Assembly: GCA_051942205.1 (NCBI GenBank)
Contig: JAVECO010000030.1
Coordinates: forward strand, 124,001 to 151,774
Source of the DNA: Coniocarpon cinnabarinum
Taxonomy: Eukaryota
DNA length: 27,774 nt
Reading direction: 5' to 3'
Shown here: positions 12,380-21,854 of the stretch, piece after piece
How positions within the stretch are numbered: position 1 is the first letter of the stretch
How the letters are laid out: each line of letters opens with the position of its first letter
The notes under the pieces: generated by a model
Seen by the model: the letters and a program-made list of their open reading frames with translations, nothing else
What the model was told of the DNA's origin: nothing
Databases searched by the model: none
Translations under genes and position numbers: made by a program

Positions 12380-13271
12380 ATGGCATCCAAGGTCACCGCG
12401 ATCACATCATCATCTCATTTCGCATCTGTTCTGTCGTCTTCGGTCTATGTGGTTGTGGACTTCTATGCTGACTGTGAGGCTTCGCGTCAACCCAAGCCAT
12501 GCTCTACTAACATAATCTCAAAGGGTGTGGTCCATGCAAGATGATATCGCCCGTCTTTGAGCAACTCGGTATGTACTTTAACAAGACAGCTGTTCCCTGC
12601 TCATGCAAGCATTCAAATCCCTCGTTATAGAAGACTCAGCTCGTCATTTCTGATGCTATAAGACTGGTACAGCCTTTCGCGGCCTCGGTTATTCACCTGT
12701 AGACGACTGAACATTTCCAACTAATGTTTTGTGGCTAGCACAGTCCGAAGCACAGCCGGGAAGGCTAGCCTTCGTCAAGGTGAATGTTGATAACCAGCGG
12801 GACATTGCACAGCGATATGGTATCTCTGCGTACGTAATCCTAGCATATTCAAAGAGCGCCCTGTGCGCATCTCGAAAGTCTAAGCTGACCATGCTGATCA
12901 GCATGCCAACATTTCTTATTCTAAAGAGCGGTATTGTTTCCGAGACCGTTAAAGGAGCAAACGCATCAGCGCTGCGAACAGCCATCTTGTCTGCTGCTTC
13001 GGCTGCTGCGAAGATCTCAGGCAAGCAAAGCTCAGCGTTCGGCTCCACAGGTCGTACACTAGGCGACTCAGCTTCTCTTCCAGATCCATCTCGTTCGACT
13101 GGCTCAAAGACGCCTGTTTCAGCGGCTCACATCGGCAGGTCGGGAGGCGTGTACCCCCTGCCGTTCGGCAATGATGTCACACGTTTTGCGATCCTATATT
13201 TTACCACACTTCTTAGTTTCGACGCTGCTGCTGCCGCTGCTGCGAGCCCATCCAGCCGCACCTCAACCTGA
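12380..13271 (+). CDS. Thioredoxin (WCGPC) with an ~80-aa C-terminal extension; 4 exons
   Basis: Exons 12380-12473, 12524-12568, 12739-12829, 12902-13271. Joined protein: MASKVTAITSSSHFASVLSSSVYVVVDFYADWCGPCKMISPVFEQLAQSEAQPGRLAFVKVNVDNQRDIAQRYGISAMPTFLILKSG...; canonical DFYADWCGPC active site and cis-Pro MPTF motif. Confidence 0.93.
12580..12716 (+). ncRNA. Candidate intronic box H/ACA snoRNA in thioredoxin intron 2
   Basis: The intron is unusually long (170 nt). TCAG-c-TCGTC (12636-12645) pairs with GACGA-CTGA (12702-12710) immediately before ACA-TTT (12711-12716). ANANNA H-box candidates ATAGAA (12627-12632) and AGAAGA sit just before that stem. The 5' hairpin is weak and no target was identified. 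Confidence 0.4.
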
Positions 13272-13441
13272 CGACACTTCAGACTGGAGCGTGTAGCATT
13301 GAAGTGTCTAAGGTCTGAGACTACCCTGGACGAGACATTCAACTGTCGGTGTATTGTTGTACCGGATCTTGGTGAGCTTTGTGAAGCTTACGGAAGCAAC
13401 GGACCGTGGGTTCATTGAATAACTTCAGAGGAACAAGAGCG

Positions 13442-15153
13442 ATGAAGCCTTCAGACTTCACGATTCCTTGCAAAGCCATTGTCTCATATAGTGAAGACGA
13501 CTGGCGTTTGGAAGATGTCTTTGTCCGCCAGCCGGCGGAGAATGAACTGTTAGTAAAAATCCAAGCCACAGGCATTTGCCATACCGATGTAAAAAACGTC
13601 GGCGACATATACCCACGCATCCTAGGGCATGAAGGTCAGTCGGTCACTTGATACAAGCTCAGGAATTTTTTGTTTTCTAGAGAGTCGGTGTCTTAGCGCC
13701 TGGAGACCGACTAACGTTCGAAATGCAATCTCTCTTCAAGCATCGCCCTTAAGAACGCCTACACATTCACCGTGAGAGTATTGTCGACTTCGTGACTGTG
13801 CTGATAATTAGTGCAGGGTCGGGAACAGTGATTCAAACCCATGCATCGGTGCGCCGCTGTGCGATCGGAGACCCAGTTCTCTTATCTTTCCCTAGGTGTG
13901 GAAATTGCTTCATGTGTCACAATGGCCACCCAGCACACTGTTCCCAAAACAGCCCTTTGACGGTATTTGCTCATGAACCAAACTACATACTAGCCCGTGG
14001 AGAAGATGACAGACTCGAAGACGATGGTGAGGGACATAAACGTGTTATACCTGCAAGCTACTTTGGACAGAGTAGCTTCAGCAGTATAGCTCTTGGTGAG
14101 GTCCGTTGGCGCTTCCAGGTACTACTCCAACTAAGTGCGGCAGTCAAGGAGAGCGCGGTCATCAACGCAAAATCTCTCATTGTCAATCAACGCGAACTTG
14201 GTGTCTTTGCGCCGCTCGGTAAGTCGCTCATGGTCGTTGGAGTACGCGCTACTCATGTCGTCTCAAACGCTAGGATGTGGCATTCAAACTGGTGCTTGTG
14301 TCATCACGAACATAGCAAAGCCAAGTCCGTCGGACTCAGTCGCTGTGATAGGACTAGGCGCTGTTGGGCTCGCAGCAGTTATGGTAGGGTTTCCCTATAA
14401 ATGCAACGGTCTGCATTGCAGACGGAGTGTTGATCACACCACAAAAACGCAAACAAAGGTCTTGTGCGACGTTTCATGTTAATGATTGAGGCCGGCAGGC
14501 GTCACGCATTCGAGGAGTCAAGACGATCATAGGCATCGATCTTCTTCAGTCTCGTCTTGACAAAGCCATGGAGCTTGGAGTTTCGCACACAATCAACACT
14601 AAAACGCTCGACCCAGGTACTAGCTTAGCCGAAGCCATAGGCTCTCTGCCTCCTTACCAGCAGACAAACCATCCGGCTCCAGGAGGACCATCAGTTATTG
14701 TGGACAGTAAGCGTCCACCATGTCTCTCCGTGTTAAAGAGGACGCGCGCGTGACTGATCATATTGGAAAGCAACCGGTATACCTGCGTTGATGCAAGATT
14801 CGCTCAAAGCCATCGGCAGACTAGGGAGGGTCGTGCAGGTGACTAATCTAGGAGCCGGCTCTTCCGTCTCCATCGGACTTCCCGAGCATATGCGAAGTGG
14901 TGCAAGTTTCACAGGGACATTGCAAGGTGATGCAGATCCCGACCATAGCAGTATGCAACGATATTCGCTCCGCACTCGATTGACTTGTGCGCTGACTGCC
15001 ATTGTTCGTACAGTTAGTATGCTTGTTGGATGGTATCGTGATGGCCAGCTTCCCCTTGAACATATTGAAAAGCGATATTCTGCAGAGACATGGCAATTTG
15101 CCCTGGAAGAGCTTGCCAATGGCTCGGCAATCAAAGCGGTTCTATGTTGGTAG
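13442..15153 (+). CDS. Zn-dependent medium-chain alcohol dehydrogenase (aryl/benzyl-alcohol dehydrogenase-like); 7 exons
   Basis: Exons 13442-13634, 13817-14095, 14144-14218, 14274-14383, 14499-14706, 14771-14950, 15014-15153. Catalytic Zn ligands GICHTD, ILGHEG and APLGCG; structural Zn CGNCFMC-x7-C; FGQSSFS motif; Rossmann GLGAVG with IIGID (NAD-type Asp); C-terminal IKAVLCW. Confidence 0.9.
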
Positions 15154-15618
15154 GCGTTTTCTTGAATTGCAGTAGAAGCATGCACTCGAAAATGCCGATT
15201 TATTCACGCTAAGCGGGTACACTTTCACGATCATGATCAGGGGCTGCAAGTTACTAGGTCTTATTACACATTCTGACCGTCTCGTGTCTGTCACAAAACA
15301 ACATCGGCATCTCAAGCGATACAGAGCAGCCGCTACCAGGGAAATAAAGTGGCTGTCAAGGTGGCAGTGTTTGGCGATCATTTGGTCAGATCACCCACGA
15401 GCGCGTCTGGTGGGTGGCTTTTGTAAAATTGGCAGATTTACAAATAAGTCGCTGGTTGAGTTTATGACATAGCTCATGATGTTCACAAACTGATCGTACA
15501 CTTCCTGATATGACAAGGCTTCACATTATCGCATGTCTGCGAAGACGGCTGACCGGTATACTCAGCCGAATTGTGTTCCATACTTAGAGAGATTTTCTTT
15601 TCCTCTGGTCAGCTTGCC

Positions 15619-17582
15619 TTAGAAAGGTTTCGTAAAGTTTGTTGTACTGTGATCAGTGCTTCCGCTAACGACTGGGAAATTTTGTCAGCCTTTTGTCCTG
15701 CATGAACACACGTGTATTCGAAGCAAACTCACTGTAAGGCTTGTACTTTGGGAGATTGTCAAGGACAGAATCAGGCAAACTAAGGGTATCTTTTACGACC
15801 TGTCGTGGTGTCAAGCCTAGCCACTGGGAAGCACTGATATCCTAATTTACTTTGTCAGCCCACCACTTTCTCCCTCTTTAAGTGCAAGTGCAGTGCTCGG
15901 TCTCTTCAAGTACTCACCGTGAACTTCGGTTGCTTAAGCATTTCCAGCAACACAACCGGCTCATCGCCAGTATTCTCAATGTAGTGAGAGAGCGTCTGGG
16001 GAATGTAGCCTACATCTCCTGGACCGTAGTCAAATGTCCGAGAGCTTGAAGGCGGCGAATACACAGTGATTCTAGCTGTGCCCGAGATAAAAAAATTCCA
16101 CTCGTCAGATTGAAGATGCCAATGAAGTTCTCTCATTGCGCCTGGCTCGATGGTAACAAGTGCACAGGACCTATGCGTGATTGTTAGCAAAGGGTCCGGA
16201 TAGAATGAGACACTCAAACGACTGAGAGTTGTGTTTATATTCACATACATATCCGCGGCAGCAGGGAATACTGTGGGATCCGCGATCTTGAGCGAACCTG
16301 CCCCGGGGATCACCATTGGCTCTTGCTGAGAGAAATGGTATGAGTATTGGGTTGCGGGTGTGCTCGGAGCGCCATTGGGTCCAGTGACCTTCTGTTCATT
16401 GATGTTCGTAGGTGCGGGGGTTCCTTCAAAGATATAAAGCTGGTCGGAAGGAATGTCGTCGAATGAGGAAATGTCTGTCTGCAAGTCTTTGGCAATGACC
16501 TCCAAGGGGTTTCGCAGCATCATTTCTGTGACGAGAGAAGTCCCGTCCTCTGAAAAGTATCCGTCATCAAAGACGAGGAGGAATTCGCACCCATCCTCAA
16601 ATGCTTGGATTGAGTGTGGCACGCCTGACGGGAAAAACCACAAGTCACCTTGGCTGATATCATCTACAAAGCTCTCGCCATTCTCGTTGACGGCGGTCAC
16701 GCGTGCCGATCCGTTCAACATATACGACCACTCGCTGGCTTGATGCCAGTGAAGCCTAATACCTGGTCAATCTCGAAGCGTATGGCGCCATTCATGGCAC
16801 ACTTACTCTCTGGTAGTTCGTTAGCATGAGAAAGCTGCAATGTCAAAGGAAGCCATTGCCATTGCCATACCTATAAGCGTTCGGAGAGAGCCGCATGTCG
16901 ACTCCAGCCATCTCGAGTGCAGCGGGTAAGACGTCAACGTTCTGCTGACGTGCCCAACCTGCGCCTCCGTGCGCCAACCTGTTGTGACTGAGTCCTATGC
17001 TCAATTAGCGCGATTCATCTCCAGATTGCGTCTGCGTGATGGAGAGCACTAACCCAAAGGCCACTGGGCTTGATCCACGCTTCCGCTATCCGTTCCCGGC
17101 GCCGCAAAAATATCTGTATAGTCGCGGTCGTACCGAGAGGTATCCACGGCTTCATCATGAGTACCTCCGGAGCTCCCGCGTATGGCTTGTGGGTTCTCTA
17201 CATTCTGCAAGTCGAGAATCAAGCCATCCTTCGAATCAGCATGCTGCTCGGGAATCAGTGTCGGGCTGGGCACGGCCGCGTCGCCCGAGACCGGCAGACC
17301 GTTAGGTCCAAATAAGCTCGAGGTCGGATAGGCCTGCCCACGAGCATCAGGGGGCCCAGACGCTGCAACACCTGTGGGCATATCGAGCACTATAGCACCC
17401 TGGGTTCGCCCTGGCCATACATTGTTGGCAGGATTGACCGCGGGAGCATCTTGGCGGGCCTTGATATTGTTCCTGTGCTCTTTGCCGCTGTTACTCCTGG
17501 CTGGGCCATTCCTCGCTGGCGCAGCAAGACAGGACGAAGCCAGCCCAAACAGGACCAGTTGCTTCATTGTGAGAGTCGACAT
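15619..17582 (-). CDS. oxdC: Secreted Mn-dependent bicupin oxalate decarboxylase; 7 exons including a 3-nt exon
   Basis: Exons 17582-17054, 16994-16871, 16809-16807, 16755-16249, 16170-15918, 15841-15733, 15671-15619. Signal peptide MKQLVLFGLASSCLA; GWARQQNV; MAGVDMRLSPNAYRELHWHQASEW; GDLWFFPSGVPHSIQ; lid region FDDGYFSEDGT; second cupin GAMRELHWHLQSDEW...HYIENTG; DISASQWLGLTP. Confidence 0.95.
16807..16809 (-). other. 3-nt microexon (AGA) of the oxalate decarboxylase
   Basis: Minus strand reads GCTAAC..CAG|AGA|GTAAGT: an upstream 61-nt intron with its own branch point and a downstream 51-nt intron with a consensus donor. The exon is needed to give R-E-L-H-W-H. Confidence 0.88.
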
Positions 17583-20500
17583 GATAACGAGTGTTTAGAT
17601 CAGACTGACTAACTGAGGGAACACGACGCTGCCAGTGAAGACAGTGCAAATTCAGAGTAGGTGCTCCACAGGGGTGAAGCCGAATTTCATGACAGAGCAG
17701 TGCATGAGCCAGAACTTATGGGTCCTCTACGTTATGATGTATTCTTCTCCCCAGGGTCCGCCGTCATTCATCCGAGCTTTATGCGATCTGGACTGTCTCT
17801 GGTGGCGTACATACCATTACTATCACAGCGCTCACCTTGCAGGACGTGCAAAGTTTGTGCAGCATCGTCGATCTGGTAATTTCCAGACACCAGCCTTGAC
17901 AATGCCGTGATGCAGACATGCTGGAAGAGCAGCCGAAGAGCCGATTAGAACGTGCATGATGCTTGCTAGCAAGATTGTCGTTCTCAAAATCAAAGACGGT
18001 GGCTTGCCTCTGAGGCCGACGTCATGCCCGCTGGAGCCCACAGCAGACTCAGACATCGACCTCAGCAATGCGAGAGACGAGGCCTTGCCCCGCAAGCGCC
18101 GAACAGAAAAGCACTTGCCGCATGTTAATTCAGCAACGTAGAGGCACAGGGGGCTTTCGCCATCGCATCCATAGCTTTTTGACCCGAATCTTCGTCATCG
18201 CACAGGCTTGCCGCCCAGGCTGATATCCGGCAACGAATTTTGTCCGTGGCCCTTGCCGTCCCTCACGGCAAGGGAGTGTCTCGAAGCACATTGGACAGGA
18301 ACCTAATGGAACGACCGGGTGAGGTGAGGCACTGCCGTAAGGCGATTCCGGGGACACGGCGCTAAGGCGTGCTAACCCCGATCGATGTAGCTGCCGGGGC
18401 TTTCCCATCGGGCGTGGAGAAACCGCGCTCAAGCTTTCTTCTGGCTTCCCCTCCCGCCCACTTTCAGGCCCACTCGTGTTGCTTGTTTCAACGGTCATCA
18501 CCAACTTGTCGCCGGCGCAAAGGCGTGTCCAAGGGCAGGCACTGCTGTTTCGTCACAACATTCCTCAATTTGTGGCATGGATGCGACGCAACCCATGGAG
18601 TCGAGGCTGTCGTGGACTGCGGAGACACCTTCGAGCTGAAATTGGCGCGGAGTCCGAGCTGCCGGACTCAGCTAGACGGATCCTGTTCAATGGTGTTGCT
18701 AATGACACAATGACGAAGCCTGTGAAGAATCTTCAAGCCCCATCAATGGATGATCGACCAGCGCGGTGGCCCTAGTCGTAGCCGCCGCCGCCTCCAGCCG
18801 ACGCCTCACCTGAACGCGTAAGACAGAAAATCCAAACACACAGGTACTTGATTGGTCAGGAAGCAGATGGAAAACAGTCAATCTCCCTCGTCGAGCACCC
18901 CCTCGCTCGAGCTTAGAGTATTGTTTCTGCGGACGGTAAGATCGTTGCATGCTGTTCATGCACTGATGCCCCTTGAATACATTGTTGGCGGGGGGGATCA
19001 TGGCCAGGCGTAGCATCTACTACCTTCCGTGTGAGCAGGTGGCAGTAACTGAATGCATGTCCTACACCGCTTATCTGCTCACCCAGAGTCTGGTGCATTG
19101 CACTTGCTCAACTGCAATCAGAATCTCGACTTCGCCCTTCTGCTTCAAGAGCGAAAGGGTGGGTATTGGCTTGACTGTATTGGCCGTCCTCTCCTCTTTG
19201 ACTTGTTCCTCTTTTCTCCTTCTATTGCAGATCGACTAGATGATACAGTTGTGAGACTTCTTCGCGCGGTCATTCGATGGTTGCCTTATTGCTCGAGCTA
19301 CTTAGGACGTACTTAGTAGTATAGGTGCAAGCTCTTACATGATACCCATATCTGAGCGCTCTTCAATACAAGAGGTCCAAACATCAGAAGAAGGCTACTA
19401 ATGTTCTTAGTATCATATCTATACATCAGTTTTAAGCTAATTAAAGACTTATAGACTTTTAAAGTCAAAATTTAAATACTACGTAGATGTTTAAAAAAAC
19501 CCTGTATAAATAGTAGTAAGCGGTGAAACGAGGTCCTGTCTACTTACTAAATTTATCTTCGACGCACTTAAGAGTAGTGGCTAGATTTAGCGGTTCGAAA
19601 GTGGGATATAATTAGACTAGTCTTCTTAGTTCTGTTTTATGTGCTTATATGTATTCTAATATTGCTTAGATTATTTACGTTAGTAATCGAGTTTAAAATA
19701 GGTCTAAATTATTTCTATCTAAATAAAAAAGAAAAATAAGAATATTTAATTAATTTTACTTTTAGATGAATAGTCTTTTTTTAAAGCACTTATAGTATTA
19801 GTAGTAGAATTAGTAGGGGTAGCTTTAAAGCTCTACCTAACTTTCTAATAGATACTATTAATAAAGTTAAAAGGTAGTATTTTAGAGCTCTTAACAAAGA
19901 TCACTATAAATAATATAAGCCGTATGCACCTATGTATATCTTTATTTTTTATTAAGTTAAAATTATATTGTTTTTAATCTAGAATTATTCCTAGAGTAGA
20001 GAAGAAACTTAGGAAAAGAAAACTATGCTGTTTAGCTTAGTTATAGTTTAAAAGTATTCTAGAATTGTTTAAATAGGTATAGCTCTAGAGCTTAAATTTA
20101 CTCTAGGGGACTTTTTAGAAGTTGTATAGTAGTATTAAAGATATATTAATATAGTTTTAGGACAGTTTTAGAACAGTGGTAGGCTTTTAAGCTAGCTTAA
20201 AACTAGCTTAGAACTTTTTATAGACCTATTTCTAAATTTAAATTTGTTGTTAGATACATTATAACTTCTATTCTAAATAAAAAAGCTAGAAAGATTATGT
20301 TATCTAATTTAATTCTAACATCTTACTATAATAGTCTATTTATATTATAACTTTAGTTCTTAGACTAATTTCTATATTAATATAAGTAGAAAAGTAAGTT
20401 TTCATACTAAGATTAGTATGGAGATTAAGATTTATATTAATTTTAGTAATTTAGTATATATTTAAATCTATATTAATTAATTTATTTTATTTTAGATACT

Positions 20501-21704
20501 CTAGGTTATAATTGTCTAATTAAAAATATAACCTTTTTTAAAAAGAATAAAAATCTAACTTTTTAATTAGCTATGCTATTAAAAGTATTATTAACGATCT
20601 AGGTTTTTTTAGCTAAAATTACTATATAAGACATTAAAATAATAGCCTTATATACCTAAATAATCCTAGTTCAATAATTTTTTATAAGTTAAACTTATAT
20701 ACTAGTATAGATATTAGAATAAAACTTAATCTTATAACTAATATTGAATTTTAAGAGATTTAGGGTTTTAGTAGATGAAACAATCTCTATTTCAGTAATC
20801 GTCTAGTAAAATTACGGCTTAAGTACTACTATAAAGCTATACTAAGACTATTTTATAACTATATTGAAATTGTTTTACAGCTTAAATCCTATCTCGATCC
20901 CGCGACTGTAACCGTAATTACAACTATAACTAGATCCAATACTAGAACTAGTACTCAGAGTATTACTAAGCTAGTTTAAATCTAGTTTTAAACTACTGTT
21001 ACTACGCTTATACAACTATTTTGAAACGTTAGAGCTCGACACAAACGTAGCTTAGTCTTGTTTCTATAATTAGCTATAATTACACTGGATAATAGTCTAA
21101 TAATAGACTACCTTAGAGGCCCTCTTAGAGGTTTTAATAAGGTATTAAAACCGTTTTAAAACTGTTTTAAAATAGTAGTAAGTTTCTAAACTAGATCTCT
21201 ACTAGATTAAAACTATCTTAAAACTAGATTTAATATAGTTTTAATATCTAGATCTCTAGTTATATATATTATAGTAGTAGTTATTATTATAGATCTTATT
21301 ATATTACTAAGAATAGATTCTAAATCTATAATTAATTTATTATTAAAACATATATTTATATTTAAATTTATTATTTTATATATTTTAATATTAAAATTTA
21401 TATATATCTTAGTATCTACTATAGTTATCTTATTTAATTTAGATATTAGATAAATTATAATCTTAGAGTAGATTTTTATATTAATTATAGTTAAGAGCTT
21501 AGTTTTAGTTGTGCTACTTTAGTCTATACTAGAATTTATATCTAGATATATATCTATATAGATATTAATTATATAATCTATTAGCGTATCTATTATAAGT
21601 TTAGATTTAGACGGTAATATTTAGTTTAATATACTAGTAGTTTTATAAGACTAACCTATATATATATATATTACTTAAGTAATTTAATTTAATTTAGGTG
21701 TATA

Positions 21705-21854
21705 TTATAAGATTAGTTATAAGAATAAGTATAAGATTAGTTATAAGATTAGTTATAAAATTAGTTATAAGATTAGTTATAAGATTAGTTATAAGATTAG
21801 TTATAAGATTAGTTATAAGATTAGTTATAAGATTATATATAGTTATAAGATTAT
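21705..21854. repeat. 12-bp tandem repeat (TTATAAGATTAG), about 12 copies
   Basis: Directly visible array; most copies are perfect, with a few variants (TTATAAAATTAG, TTATAAGAATAAG). Confidence 0.93.

Noticed and set aside
13300..13816. TPP riboswitch or stwintron at the ADH 5' region/intron 1
   Set aside because: The conserved TPP aptamer core is absent, and removing an internal intron does not recreate a valid donor.
6048..17582. HSP104-RDH54-TRX-ADH-oxdC as a dedicated stress or biosynthetic gene cluster
   Set aside because: No shared pathway, backbone enzyme, transporter or regulator; adjacency alone is not evidence without synteny or co-expression data.
19591..20914. CGGTTCGAAAGTGGGAT and ATCCCGCGACTGTAACCG as terminal inverted repeats of a DNA transposon
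   Set aside because: Only the outer 5-bp blocks match, the middle differs by transversions and an indel, and no target-site duplication or transposase ghost was identified.
21705..21854. Tandem array as a CRISPR or telomere repeat
   Set aside because: No spacers, eukaryotic context, and the 12-bp unit is not TTAGGG-like.
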